64,000 nt of DNA from a virus (IMGVR_UViG_3300028591_000078:64001-128000), one strand, 5' to 3'; positions 19,575 through 30,845 are shown, counted from the first letter of the stretch. Numbers and translations are program-made. Notes: a model not told the origin generated them from the sequence alone.

Positions 19575-21854
19575 ATGGCCGATAAAAAGACTGATCAGGA
19601 AAAGAAATCAGCAAAGCGTATTAATAAACTTGCTGAACTGATCCAGTCCAATATGGACAAATTATATCAGACTACTTACTATTCAAATCCTACTAATAAG
19701 AAGGATTTGGATAATATAAAAAGTAAAATTGATGCATCTATCGGAAGTATAGTATCTAATAATGTAGATACTATAGGCCTTCCTAGTATATCTAAAATGT
19801 ATGCTAGAACCTTCGAGAAGAATAGAATGGCCGATGAAGAGTCTAGCAGAAAACTTCAGGAGATGCTTTCAGATAAAGCTTTGGTAGATACTACACTTGC
19901 TACCTTTGCTCAGAATAGTAAGTTAGCAGATCTTGATAATAAGATAGATACAATCTTAAAATATATGCCCAGGCTTCAGGAAGCCTTGGATGTAAGAAAA
20001 GATAATGTACTATCTGCAGACCACTTTAACAAAGACTATATCACTATTACTAGTGCTGAAACTATATCAACTTCAGATGTCTTCAATAAGAGACTTAAAG
20101 AAATAAAACAGAAGTATAAACTTCTTGAGTTCTTTGAAGATGCATACGATGAGACTGCTAAGTATGGTGAGTATTTTGTATATAATGTACCTTATAAGAG
20201 AGCTATAACAAAGCTCTTACAGACTAAAGCTCAATCTCAGGTATATACAGCAACTCTTAAGACTGAGAGTATGGATATAACCTCTGAGATTAGAGATACA
20301 GTTCAGATGCCTGCTACAGAACTCTTTACTGATAATGATAAAAACTATAATATCAATCTTCAGATTAATAGATCTGGTATGCTGATAGAAACTATAGAGA
20401 GTTTTAAACAGGTTGATGATAAACTTAATGCTCTTAGGGAACAGTCTCTTTGTTATATACGTGAAGATAAGATCGAGAATATTACAGATATAGGAAAGAA
20501 GACTAAACCATCTTTATATATAGATGATGGATTTATGCCAGATGATCTTGATTTCAGTGGTTTTGATGATACTGCTACCGATGGTCTTATTACAGGAGTA
20601 AAAGATAAGGGTGAAAAGAAGATCAAGATCGATGTCCCTGGATGTATTATCAAGAAACTTGATAGAAGACAGATCATTCCTATCTATATAGAAGATAGTT
20701 GTATGGGTTATTACTACATAGAGAATATAGATGGAGAAAATATTACTGACTTTACTAAGTTAGAAGACCCATTTATGTCTATGAGAAACAACTCTACTAT
20801 CATACAGAACTCTGAAGCAGATATGAAGAGAGATATGGTTCTTAAATATCTTGCTGGTGAGATGTCTAAGTATATAGATCAGGAGTTCGTTAATAATAAT
20901 CAGGATCTTAGAGCTGAGATATACATGATACTTAAGTATAATGATGTATATAATACTCCTAATAGTAACTTTAGAGTTACATTCCTTCCTCCTGAAGATG
21001 TAACTCATATATACTTTAGAAAAGATCCTAAGACTCATAGAGGAATCTCTGACCTTGATAGATCTATAATACCTGGTACTTTATATGCATCTCTTTATAT
21101 TACTGATGCTATAGCGGCTATGACTAGATCTCAGGATAAGAGAGTATACTATGTAAAGCAGACTGTGGATACTAATATTGCTAAGACTCTTCTTACTACT
21201 ATAGAGCAGATCAAGAAGAATAACTTCAATATTAGGCAGATTGAGAACGTAAACCATATCCTCAATATTACAGGACGATTCAATGACTATGTAATTCCTA
21301 TGAGCCCTTCTGGAGAGGCTCCTATAACTATGGAAGTTATGCAGGGTCAGCAGGTTAATAGTCATGATGATCTTCTTAATAGACTTGAGGAAATGGCAAT
21401 CAATCCTACAGATGTACCTCTTGAACTTATTCAGGCTAGACAGTCTATAGACTATGCTGTACAATATACTATGTCTAATAGTAAATTCTTACGTAAGGTC
21501 TATAAGAGACAGGCTCAATATGAACCTTTCATGTCTCTCATTATTACTAAGATCTATAACTATGAGTATGATGAGAGTGTTCAGCTTGAAATAAAGCTTC
21601 CTCCTCCGATGTTCTTGAATATCACAAATACTAATCAGATAATGATGAATACAAACGATTTTGCTCAGGCTGTTGCAGACATATACTTGTCTAATGAACC
21701 TGACGATGTGACAAAGAATATCTTCACTAAGAAGCTTAAATTAGAGCTCTTGGGAAGCTATATTGATGTAGGTAACCTTGAACACCTGCTTAATATAGCT
21801 AAACAGGAAACCTCTATAGAACGAGACGAAGCTAAGTTAAAGCAGGAAGAATAA
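19575..21854 (+). CDS. Portal protein
   Basis: About 760 aa with LKYMPRLQEAL..DNVLS.D, KYGEYFVY and RSQDKRVYYV, consistent with T4 gp20/phiKZ-type portals. Late promoter at 19536 and AAGGAG RBS. Confidence 0.75.
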   Translation: MADKKTDQEKKSAKRINKLAELIQSNMDKLYQTTYYSNPTNKKDLDNIKSKIDASIGSIVSNNVDTIGLPSISKMYARTFEKNRMADEESSRKLQEMLSDKALVDTTLATFAQNSKLADLDNKIDTILKYMPRLQEALDVRKDNVLSADHFNKDYITITSAETISTSDVFNKRLKEIKQKYKLLEFFEDAYDETAKYGEYFVYNVPYKRAITKLLQTKAQSQVYTATLKTESMDITSEIRDTVQMPATELFTDNDKNYNINLQINRSGMLIETIESFKQVDDKLNALREQSLCYIREDKIENITDIGKKTKPSLYIDDGFMPDDLDFSGFDDTATDGLITGVKDKGEKKIKIDVPGCIIKKLDRRQIIPIYIEDSCMGYYYIENIDGENITDFTKLEDPFMSMRNNSTIIQNSEADMKRDMVLKYLAGEMSKYIDQEFVNNNQDLRAEIYMILKYNDVYNTPNSNFRVTFLPPEDVTHIYFRKDPKTHRGISDLDRSIIPGTLYASLYITDAIAAMTRSQDKRVYYVKQTVDTNIAKTLLTTIEQIKKNNFNIRQIENVNHILNITGRFNDYVIPMSPSGEAPITMEVMQGQQVNSHDDLLNRLEEMAINPTDVPLELIQARQSIDYAVQYTMSNSKFLRKVYKRQAQYEPFMSLIITKIYNYEYDESVQLEIKLPPPMFLNITNTNQIMMNTNDFAQAVADIYLSNEPDDVTKNIFTKKLKLELLGSYIDVGNLEHLLNIAKQETSIERDEAKLKQEE

Positions 21855-21898
21855 AAACTCCCAGTGCACATATAGTGCACTGGGAATTATTTTGTCGC

Positions 21899-22930
21899 TT
21901 ATCTAGTTTCAAAGGTATCGTAAGTATAGAAACCATTACCTGTGTCGTAGGTTCCTTCCTTAACCGTTTCCTTTTGAGTGGTTGTAGGCTTTTCAACCTC
22001 GAAGTATGAGGGCAGATTAGATGTAGCTGCCTTATAGTTCTCTGCAACCTGAGATACCTTGTTAGAACCATCCTGGATAGCAGCACCAGTTGTTTCTCCA
22101 AGGTTCGGATATGCAGTATAGTCGAAGTTGTCGGAAGATCTGTACATATGTGCATTGCCAACATCCTGCCAGTTACCATCAGGAGTGTAAGTAAATCCAT
22201 TGATATATGCAAGGATATCCTTAGCAGCCTGGTTAACCTTAGCAGATGTATACGGGAAGCCGTTGAATTCAACTGTAAGTTCCTTGAACTCAATATTACC
22301 CTTTTCAGAGTTAACGATATTGATTTCAGCAGTTGTAGGCTGGCAAGCTATAAGCAGATATGCTCTTTCAACCTGTGCACCTGTATTATCAGTAATGAAG
22401 TACAGGAATGTAAATACCTCATTATGGAAACCAGGATTTACAATAGCACCGGAATCTATAAGTCCATGATAGGTCTTCAGCTGTGTTCTAGAATCCTTTA
22501 CACCCTTGAGGAAGAGCTCATGAGTCTTAGTGATTACCAAACCAGACTTTTCGAAGAATCTCATAGAGAATGTACCATTAGACTGCTCATTAACCTTTGT
22601 GATAAGGTTAAGAGTATTAATACCATTGGTAAGTTCCTGTGTATCACCAGTGATATTATCAAGTCCATCAAGTCCTCTGAATTCATATTCGAGAATATGG
22701 AGGTAGTTGTTTATGAGGTTCTCATAATCAGTGTTTACCTTCTTAAGCTTCTGAAGGAACTTAGGATAATCTACTACTACAAGGAAAGGATAACCTGATT
22801 CAAACAGATCATACTGCTTAAGGTTACCGAAGTCTGTAACACCACGCATAAGCGTATATCTTGTGACAGACATAGGCTTCTTAAGGCCTTCATACATGTT
22901 TTCGAACTGATTCTGATTAACAGTAGCCAT
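21899..22930 (-). CDS. Tail tube protein
   Basis: Directly downstream of the sheath gene, beta-rich, with highly expressed codon usage. Confidence 0.7.
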   Translation of the reverse strand: MATVNQNQFENMYEGLKKPMSVTRYTLMRGVTDFGNLKQYDLFESGYPFLVVVDYPKFLQKLKKVNTDYENLINNYLHILEYEFRGLDGLDNITGDTQELTNGINTLNLITKVNEQSNGTFSMRFFEKSGLVITKTHELFLKGVKDSRTQLKTYHGLIDSGAIVNPGFHNEVFTFLYFITDNTGAQVERAYLLIACQPTTAEINIVNSEKGNIEFKELTVEFNGFPYTSAKVNQAAKDILAYINGFTYTPDGNWQDVGNAHMYRSSDNFDYTAYPNLGETTGAAIQDGSNKVSQVAENYKAATSNLPSYFEVEKPTTTQKETVKEGTYDTGNGFYTYDTFETR

Positions 22931-22951
22931 GATTATTTTCCTCCTTTCCTA

Positions 22952-25162
22952 TTAAAGATCAGACGGCAGAGCCGTGATTCTGAACCACTCTGACTGGATG
23001 AAGTTCTTGAAGCGTACTTCAATAGCTGCATAGTAGATATGGTTCTGCTCCATTACCTTATCTTCAATATAATGGAAGTCGATAGACATATACTTATCAG
23101 CATACTTATCGATGATTGCCATTACATCTTCCTGGTATTCCTTAAGACCTTCCTTGTCCATGAATGCGTATCTGATGATAGGACAACGAGCACGGATAGC
23201 CTTAACAAGATCCTGGAGATTGAAGACATTGTTGATATAAGAGAGCTGTGTATATTCATCATTTGTGGAGTAACCTGTCTCCATAACGAGTCTTCCAGAG
23301 AGCCAAGAAGCATAGTTGATTCTTGCATCATCCAGAATCTCATTCTGGTTAACACCAGGAACTATCTTAGGAGTGAAGTTCTCAGTTCCACGGATAGCAC
23401 TCTCAAGAATGATATCATACTTAATACCAGCAAATGCTCTGGATCTACCATTAGCGAAGTGCGGTACTGCCTTAGCAACAAGGTCATACATAGCTGTTAC
23501 AGTAATCTGACGATTAGTGTAAGGATCTATGATGTCATATGCAAGGAATGTGAGATATGTATATCTCGTTCTGTAGTCCTGCGGAACTATTACATTTGCA
23601 TTGAGCAGGATCTCATCAAGAGTTGTAAGATCTGTACCCATATCGATCATAGCTACGCAGTCTTCTCTGAAGTTAACCAGATCCTGGATAGCAAGCTTTA
23701 CATCCAGCGGATAGTTAGCATCAGGAATGATGTCGATCTGATAAGTATTGAGATCATAGATCTCAGCGTTATGATCCACATCGCCTATATAAGCATTAAG
23801 ATACTGCTCATGGAGTTCATCAGCAGCTTCAGCACTCTGAGGATTATCTCCAAAGATACCATTCGAACCATTGTCTATTGTAAGACCATACTGGAGAGCA
23901 AGATCTTCAGAAAGCTCATCATACGCAAGATAAGGAATATATTCCTTCTTCTTAGTATAACCGAAGAGAATATCTTCAGTTGTAAGAGGATCAGATCTGA
24001 AGATTACATTACCATCAGCATCTGTTATAACAGTTGCCTCATCGGGCTTGTATACACTTCTACCTTCCTGGTCCTTCATAATTGAACAAAGGTCAGCATA
24101 GAGTGCATCGATAGCATCAGGGAAGTACTTAATACGAACCTGATCAGACTTACCATCAATCTGAGTTCTCAGATCTATATGGTTACCATTGAAAGGATCT
24201 ACAGTATCAGGATCAAGAGCGAAGCTAAACTTTTCAGAAAGCTTATCATTCTCAATGATCTGGAATGAATACTGCAGGATCTTCTTAGCCTTAGAAGTTC
24301 TGTAATCAGGTATGATATTCCATCTCTTAGCAGAAACACCACGACCGATGTCTGTAAGTGTGAAGAGAGGATAAAGAACACCCTCATCGCTTTCGAAATC
24401 CTTATCAGTATCAAGGAATGTAGAATATTCACCATAAGCCTTTTCAGCGATAGTATCGATATCGAAAGCAGTGTAATCCTGAATAGTAGGATCTGCTACA
24501 GTCTGAGTTGTTGTGGTTGTGGTTTCATTAACCGTAAGCTCACCATTAGCAATCTTATCTGTAACATCAGCATTCTCAACACCAGTGCTGGGATCGATAG
24601 CTCTGTTCTGATCATCTACATTATATACTGTAACTGCGCCAGTCTCGGCATCAGTTACACTTACTGTTTTTGTAGTTGTGTTAATAGTCTGGTTAATTGT
24701 ACGACCATTAGGAGCATAAGAAACAAGTTCAAACTTGATCTTAGCCTTAGTGATCATGATAGGCTCGTTACCATCAGCAGTGATAGTTTCCTTGCCTGTT
24801 GTAGCATCTTTATAAAGAGGGGTTCCTGCAGCATTAGTCTTCTGAGAATATTCCTGATGTACTCTAGCAACAACAGTGTTGTTGGCAAGAATTGCATCCT
24901 TGGCAACGATTCTCTTGAACATTACTCTACCACCAGCATTGATGATTCTTGCTGTCTGGAGAAGAGGCTGACCATACTTTATAAATGATATGTCATTACC
25001 GAAATTGCTATAGAAAGCCTTGCCTTCATATACCTGAATATCTTCTCTACCCTTCTGTGTGGGAGCAGTGCAGTAGAAGAGAGGCTTATACGAAGTCTGA
25101 GCAATCGGAAGAGGCGGTATATGACTCTTATCGATTATTTCAAATCGTGTACCTGCATACAT
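22952..25162 (-). CDS. Tail sheath protein
   Basis: YGQP...GGRVMFKRIV N-terminus, DANYP..VK.AI..LV..REDC, LSYINNV and a sheath-like C-terminus. Confidence 0.85.
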   Translation of the reverse strand: MYAGTRFEIIDKSHIPPLPIAQTSYKPLFYCTAPTQKGREDIQVYEGKAFYSNFGNDISFIKYGQPLLQTARIINAGGRVMFKRIVAKDAILANNTVVARVHQEYSQKTNAAGTPLYKDATTGKETITADGNEPIMITKAKIKFELVSYAPNGRTINQTINTTTKTVSVTDAETGAVTVYNVDDQNRAIDPSTGVENADVTDKIANGELTVNETTTTTTQTVADPTIQDYTAFDIDTIAEKAYGEYSTFLDTDKDFESDEGVLYPLFTLTDIGRGVSAKRWNIIPDYRTSKAKKILQYSFQIIENDKLSEKFSFALDPDTVDPFNGNHIDLRTQIDGKSDQVRIKYFPDAIDALYADLCSIMKDQEGRSVYKPDEATVITDADGNVIFRSDPLTTEDILFGYTKKKEYIPYLAYDELSEDLALQYGLTIDNGSNGIFGDNPQSAEAADELHEQYLNAYIGDVDHNAEIYDLNTYQIDIIPDANYPLDVKLAIQDLVNFREDCVAMIDMGTDLTTLDEILLNANVIVPQDYRTRYTYLTFLAYDIIDPYTNRQITVTAMYDLVAKAVPHFANGRSRAFAGIKYDIILESAIRGTENFTPKIVPGVNQNEILDDARINYASWLSGRLVMETGYSTNDEYTQLSYINNVFNLQDLVKAIRARCPIIRYAFMDKEGLKEYQEDVMAIIDKYADKYMSIDFHYIEDKVMEQNHIYYAAIEVRFKNFIQSEWFRITALPSDL

Positions 25163-25268
25163 ACGGTATTTTCCTCCTTTTGTAAGATTATAAACTTAAA
25201 TATTTCCCTAAATAAACGTATATCGTTTAATATAGGTCATTATCTTTATGTTAATTCTAGACCACCAG

Positions 25269-25991
25269 TTAGGTCATTAGGATCTTCTCCATAGGAGAGT
25301 CTTTACGTGCAGGAGTTGTTATAGCAGCAACTACTGCATCATCCCAGTTCTCCTTAGTAATAGATGCAAACGGAGAAGTGTACTTTGCTATATTTCTTAT
25401 ATTATCCTGAATATAGGCATGCATATCTTTAGTTTTAGCAAGTCTAAATGGCTTACTAGGATCTTCGAGATATCTACAATCTTCAGAGAGTACAATTCCA
25501 ATAAGCTGCATAGTAGTTCCATAAGAGAAACCATTAAGATCCATATTATTGATAAAGTAATCCTGAAGCTCATTATAAGGTATAGTATTAGGAAGGTTAC
25601 CCCAGATGAAAAGTCTATAGAAGTTCTCTATATTGATTACATCCTGGGCTATATTCTCATCGCACAAGATCTCATCGCCCTTCTTATATTTAAGAACTCG
25701 ATAGTCCTGTTTAGGAGAATAAGATGTAAGTTGCACATCTTTAATCTTATCAATACTTCCAGGTTTGGTAATAAACTCTGTAGGAAGATTAAACTGCTTC
25801 AGACCAGAATGTTTACCATTCTTATCAAAGATAGCATAGTTCAAAACTCCTATAAGCTTTACATATTCACCTATGATAGTAGCATTCTTTGTGTCAAAGA
25901 ATTTCTCTGGCACATAAAAAACAAACTCGCCTTCTCCATTAAAGAGATAAGCTTTATCCTTTTTAACAAGGAAGCCAGGTATATCTGACAT
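25269..25991 (-). CDS. Putative RNA polymerase beta' extreme C-terminal fragment (virion RNAP small subunit)
   Basis: LQDYFINNMDLNG...LIGIVLSEDCR and SPFASITKENWDDAVVAA resemble the beta' segments VQDVYRLQG..HIEVIVRQMLR and SFISAASFQETTRVLTEAA. Confidence 0.5.
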   Translation of the reverse strand: MSDIPGFLVKKDKAYLFNGEGEFVFYVPEKFFDTKNATIIGEYVKLIGVLNYAIFDKNGKHSGLKQFNLPTEFITKPGSIDKIKDVQLTSYSPKQDYRVLKYKKGDEILCDENIAQDVINIENFYRLFIWGNLPNTIPYNELQDYFINNMDLNGFSYGTTMQLIGIVLSEDCRYLEDPSKPFRLAKTKDMHAYIQDNIRNIAKYTSPFASITKENWDDAVVAAITTPARKDSPMEKILMT

Positions 25992-26076
25992 TTAGATTCC
26001 TCCTTTAAGGTTAGTATTACTATAAAGTTGAGAAAAGCAAAAGATGACCGTACAGCTTAATGCTGTACGGTAATCA

Positions 26077-26349
26077 TTAAAGCATCTTAGCAACTTCTCG
26101 TATTTGATTTAATGTGAGACCAAGATCGTGAAGATGTTTATGTTCACCAGTAGTCAGATTACAAAGAGAATCATACTCTTCTTTTTCATACTTTACTGGT
26201 GTTGGGTTAAGACGTTCTTCTTGTAATCTTTTGCGTTCACTTTCACTTGCAATAAACTCCTCTTCTGTCATGATCATGGGATCATTAGTTTCATTATCTT
26301 TGACAGGCACTGGAGACATATATTGCGAAAATTTATATAACTCATTCAT
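26077..26349 (-). CDS. Hypothetical protein
   Basis: GAGGT RBS, last gene of a minus-strand operon. Confidence 0.65.
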   Translation of the reverse strand: MNELYKFSQYMSPVPVKDNETNDPMIMTEEEFIASESERKRLQEERLNPTPVKYEKEEYDSLCNLTTGEHKHLHDLGLTLNQIREVAKML

Positions 26350-26362
26350 ACGCTTACCTCAA

Positions 26363-27466
26363 TTAGTCATCATCAACGGAAGGTTCTTCATTTCCACTAG
26401 GAGCATCAAGATCTCCTACACTCTGACCTTCTTCTATATAGGGAGGTATAACTACTTCTTCATTATACATCTCATCTTCTATATCATCAGGATCATCAGA
26501 TCTACTATATCCTTCATCAGCAACTGATACTATATCAGGATTCTGATAAGGGAATTCAAACGGCATGATTCCAACGATCTCATTCTTATGGAACAACCGT
26601 GTTATAGATTTAACTGTATCTCCAACCTTCATTCTATACTTAAGCAGTATAGCGAATACATTGGCAACAGTAAATCTCTCAGCATTATCATAAGTAGCAA
26701 GATCCATAATAATTCCAGGATAATTCTCATGGATAGGATTGCCATCCTCATCTATTAGTCCAGAATCTACTGTAATCTCTACAGTATCTCCAAGGCCAAA
26801 CTGGAAGTCTTCTACATTATGAATCATCTCAATAGACTTGATATCTTCTCTATTAATCTGTATTCTGAAATATACTTTTACGGGCTCGCCAAGCTCATCG
26901 AGTTCATCAGTCTCTTCGACCTTATCTACAATAATAGATGTGTAATCCGCTCCATCATAGTAATCTCTTACTATGCATTCATCAAAGATAGTACCATCAA
27001 ACTGTTCTATCTTGATAATATCACCGATAGTATAATCATGGAGATTAATACCAGTGTCTTTAAGATCCATATCCCTAATATCACCAATGTCTATAATTCT
27101 TACATCATGCTTATACTCTGTAGAGCAGTCAATAGTAAGAGCAGACGGCTGGAGTCTATCATCAAGTCTAAGAGGAGCTCTCTTATCTACAGATCTATAT
27201 ATAATAGGATTTACAAAGTTAGCTTTCTTCTCAGAATATGTAATTCCAGTAACTCTACCTGTTATGGTCTCTATATCTGAGATATGATCAGGGAATTTTC
27301 TTATATAGGAGAATACATATATCTTATTCTTATCTATTTCAAAGATCTTCTGTCTATAACCAGTCTTATCCTGGTTAATATTTGTGTCGAGATCAGCTGA
27401 GAAGTTGAGTATAATAGTTACTTTAGACTCACACTCGACTTCTGTGTTGAGAAAAGTATTAGCCAT
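26363..27466 (-). CDS. Hypothetical acidic beta-rich protein
   Basis: 367 aa, start overlaps the upstream stop. Confidence 0.7.
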   Translation of the reverse strand: MANTFLNTEVECESKVTIILNFSADLDTNINQDKTGYRQKIFEIDKNKIYVFSYIRKFPDHISDIETITGRVTGITYSEKKANFVNPIIYRSVDKRAPLRLDDRLQPSALTIDCSTEYKHDVRIIDIGDIRDMDLKDTGINLHDYTIGDIIKIEQFDGTIFDECIVRDYYDGADYTSIIVDKVEETDELDELGEPVKVYFRIQINREDIKSIEMIHNVEDFQFGLGDTVEITVDSGLIDEDGNPIHENYPGIIMDLATYDNAERFTVANVFAILLKYRMKVGDTVKSITRLFHKNEIVGIMPFEFPYQNPDIVSVADEGYSRSDDPDDIEDEMYNEEVVIPPYIEEGQSVGDLDAPSGNEEPSVDDD

Positions 27467-28709
27467 GTTTCTTCTTTCCTTTCTTAGCTTTTCTCTCGCG
27501 CTCTACCTCAGAATCATATTCAGCTTTAGCTACTACATAATCATTGATCTTATCAATTACATCTTCGATATTGTTCATGATTGTATCAGTAAAGCCAGTC
27601 TTAGCAGAATCTTCGATATAGTCGAGAGACATAATATTCTTTATTAAATAGTACGCATAAATATTTGACTCAAGATCCTTTAAGCTAAGATTCTCCATAG
27701 ACTTCCACATAGTATTTACAAACATGGTAAGCTCATTAAGAGTTCTATGCGGGAACTTTCTCTGAAGAATAGGTAAGCAGAGTGCTATATCATGTATATT
27801 AAACTGTGTATCTCTGTACTTATATACAAAGTCATCACAGAATCTTCTATACTTCTCTACATCTTTAGCAAGTCTAGATCTTACTTTACGATCATGCTCC
27901 ATTACATAATAGAGTTTATCATAGGTGTAAGAAGAAGTAAATGCTGCAGATACCTTTCTAAGCTTATCAGCCTCAATAGTCTTACCATCAGCTTCAAGCT
28001 TATCAGCTCTTTCAAGAAGTTCTTTCTCCATAGCATCCTTGATATACTCTGAATGCATATCTACAAGGCTAGGGATATTAAGCTCTTTCTTAATAGATTC
28101 CTCAAAATCTATTATCTCCTTATTAAATGCAGCATCCTGGATAAACTCATCCAGCATAGTATTAGTAAAGAATCTAAGCTGCTCTGGAGATGTAACTCCC
28201 ATTTCAGCTCCAGCCGTCTTTATCATTTCTTGTACTGATGTAGGAAGTGCATTGAATTTGGAGAATCTTTCTCCATTAGCATGACGATGTAATACATTCA
28301 AAAGCTGCATAGCATCCTCTGCAGAAAGATTCATATCTTCAGTGAAATGCTTCTTAATATCATCATCAAGAATCGGAAGTTTGGTAGGCTCATATTCATC
28401 TGTAAGCTCAGAAAGAGACTTATCAGATATAGGTCTTTCCTTAACCTCTACTTCAGCACCTACAGGTATATTAACTCCAGTAGCATTATCTACCTTCATA
28501 GTGCCTACAGTTTCTTCATCTTCAAGAACTTCAGTCTGTTCAGACTCAGTAATTTCTCTGATAGTCTGTATATCTTCATCATTCTTAGCATTATTCTCAA
28601 GAACATCGAGAACTGTATCAAGTTCCTGCTTGGTAATTCTCTCCTGTTCTTCCTGTTCTCTTATAGTCTTTTCAAGCTCTGCTTCAAAAAGCTGGTCTTC
28701 AGTCATCAT
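27459..28709 (-). CDS. Hypothetical protein
   Basis: 416 aa, TAATG coupling with the upstream gene. Confidence 0.7.
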   Translation of the reverse strand: MMTEDQLFEAELEKTIREQEEQERITKQELDTVLDVLENNAKNDEDIQTIREITESEQTEVLEDEETVGTMKVDNATGVNIPVGAEVEVKERPISDKSLSELTDEYEPTKLPILDDDIKKHFTEDMNLSAEDAMQLLNVLHRHANGERFSKFNALPTSVQEMIKTAGAEMGVTSPEQLRFFTNTMLDEFIQDAAFNKEIIDFEESIKKELNIPSLVDMHSEYIKDAMEKELLERADKLEADGKTIEADKLRKVSAAFTSSYTYDKLYYVMEHDRKVRSRLAKDVEKYRRFCDDFVYKYRDTQFNIHDIALCLPILQRKFPHRTLNELTMFVNTMWKSMENLSLKDLESNIYAYYLIKNIMSLDYIEDSAKTGFTDTIMNNIEDVIDKINDYVVAKAEYDSEVERERKAKKGKKKHG

Positions 28710-29569
28710 TATGCATTTTCCCCTTCTATTGAATTTATATTTTCTTCAGCAGAGTCAGAATTATCTTCAAAATCTGCCTGTGTAGGAATTCCTACAGGTG
28801 TCTGTGCTCCACATCTCTTCTGAAGTTCAAGTCTGATATTGGTTACATTCAGAGGAAGTGTTGCATCATTGAGTACATACTTACTATATATATTTTTGAA
28901 GAAGTCACCATTAGGTGTTACTATATAATATAAGAACTGCTTGGCTGGATCTATAACAGAGAATGATAATACCGTATAGAATGATATATCCATTCCAGAC
29001 ATCTGGTATAAAACCGAAGCAAGATTGCTTGCTATTGCAGCAAGCTTAGGATCTTCATACATCTTCTTTGCATACATAGAAGAAGTATCTTTATTCTTCT
29101 TTATAGTACCCAAAGACATCATATCATAAATGGTATTAGCCTCATGAATGATGAAGGTTGTATAGAAGTTTATTACATAAGTATCGAAATTACATACAAG
29201 GAAATCATAGAGGCAGAATGCTGCTCCATAGTAATCTATATTACCATCATCTTTGAATGTAAGATCATATTCTTTACAAAGAATATCAATAATATTCTTA
29301 TAAGTTTCTATTCTAGTCTGCATAATCTCAGCACCTTCACCAGGATACTGGCTTTTAAGCTGAGTAAAATCCTGCTCTATAGCAGCGACGAAGTTAGGCA
29401 TCTGGATAACATTGCTATGTCTATTCATTCTCTGAGCTATATTAGTCTTAAGACTACTATAAATATACTCAGAGTTGAAGTGTGATAAAATATTAGCGAG
29501 CTCTCCTTCTGCTGCTATCTCGAATACTCTAGAATTTACAGCAAAATTCGGCTCAAACATCTGAGGCAT
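28709..29569 (-). CDS. Hypothetical protein (late)
   Basis: AAGGAG RBS, late promoter 29597-29608(-). Confidence 0.7.
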   Translation of the reverse strand: MPQMFEPNFAVNSRVFEIAAEGELANILSHFNSEYIYSSLKTNIAQRMNRHSNVIQMPNFVAAIEQDFTQLKSQYPGEGAEIMQTRIETYKNIIDILCKEYDLTFKDDGNIDYYGAAFCLYDFLVCNFDTYVINFYTTFIIHEANTIYDMMSLGTIKKNKDTSSMYAKKMYEDPKLAAIASNLASVLYQMSGMDISFYTVLSFSVIDPAKQFLYYIVTPNGDFFKNIYSKYVLNDATLPLNVTNIRLELQKRCGAQTPVGIPTQADFEDNSDSAEENINSIEGENA

Positions 29570-29644
29570 AAAGCTACGCTCCTTTACATTAGATTTTAAT
29601 TAAGTGTTTTAACCCATGTAAAATGGAAAAAATAAAGAGGACGA

Positions 29645-30397
29645 TCACTCGTCCTCTTTTTGTTTTTCTTCTTCCTCTTTGATCTTTGTAATCTCTTCTA
29701 CTATCGTATCTAGTTGTTCTTTATAATCATCTTTGCTAAGATCAACTCTTTTATAGATAGTATGATCATGAGTTAATTGACCAGACATAATTATCAGCAT
29801 AGGTATGAATATTCCACCTATAGTATTACCAAGAGTCATAAGAAGTATATAGATCAAACCTCTTAGAGTAAACTCTTGAGCGAGAACAAAGTAGCACATA
29901 TTAGCAACGCAGTGTTCAAACCCACATAGTATAAATACTGTTACAGGAAGCACTATGCCAGCTAACTGCATAGCAGATGGATTATTTTCAAACTTATCAT
30001 AAGAAAAAGCTGCTACATACATAAGTATGCCACAGAATACTGATAATATAAGTATACTTACAGGGTCATCAGTAAGCTTATTGTCTACTAAAGTTCTAGC
30101 TTTCTGCATAATATTCGGACCTATCCTTGTAAAGGATACCACTAGACCTACTAAACCGGCTCCTAGAAAATTTCCTATCCATACAGGTATCATATATGCA
30201 GTGTATTTGGGTGGCTTATTTAATGCAAATCCTATCTTACCAGTATACAGACTAGCATTAGATGTAAGTATAGCATATAAGCCAATACTAAATAACAGTG
30301 CTCCAATTACCGGATTCTCACAAGATAGATATATAGTACATCCTATTCCTATAAAGAGTCCTGCTGCTATACCTTTGAAAAGTTCATATCTAACCAT
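29645..30397 (-). CDS. Formate/nitrite transporter (FNT) family channel
   Basis: About 6 hydrophobic segments with LYTG, GNFLGA, FILCGFEHCVANM and LGNTIGG signature motifs. Confidence 0.9.
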   Translation of the reverse strand: MVRYELFKGIAAGLFIGIGCTIYLSCENPVIGALLFSIGLYAILTSNASLYTGKIGFALNKPPKYTAYMIPVWIGNFLGAGLVGLVVSFTRIGPNIMQKARTLVDNKLTDDPVSILILSVFCGILMYVAAFSYDKFENNPSAMQLAGIVLPVTVFILCGFEHCVANMCYFVLAQEFTLRGLIYILLMTLGNTIGGIFIPMLIIMSGQLTHDHTIYKRVDLSKDDYKEQLDTIVEEITKIKEEEEKQKEDE

Positions 30398-30398
30398 T

Positions 30399-30845
30399 TT
30401 ACTCTCCTTTTAGCCTCTTATTTCCAGATATCATTCTATTAGTCTGGAGAGACTGTGTATTCTCATGATGTATTGTTACATTATGCTCTATAGCATCGTG
30501 AAGTCTGGTATTATCTATCAGAATTTCTTCACCATGCACTAATTCTGTAGCTCTTTCTTCTCTATCAAAAGGATCATGTTTATTAGTCCATTTTGTCTGA
30601 GATACTACAGTGTTAGTTTTAGACTCTTTATCATCAAGAGTCTTCTCTAAGACACCAAAATATCTATATGCTTTCCTAAGAGGAATATCTATAGACTTTA
30701 CAGTATCTTCTACTTCTACTTCAATAGTATTAGCTCGTCCTGCATATGCCTTATATAAATGAGGCTTATAGCCTTTGCTGACAAGAATATCAGCAAAGGC
30801 CTTAAGGTTAGCATAGTCAGGATCTCTAATGATTATTTTACCCAT
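30399..30845 (-). CDS. Hypothetical protein
   Basis: Coupled to the RNAP gene (TAATG) with GAGGAGG RBS. Confidence 0.65.
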   Translation of the reverse strand: MGKIIIRDPDYANLKAFADILVSKGYKPHLYKAYAGRANTIEVEVEDTVKSIDIPLRKAYRYFGVLEKTLDDKESKTNTVVSQTKWTNKHDPFDREERATELVHGEEILIDNTRLHDAIEHNVTIHHENTQSLQTNRMISGNKRLKGE

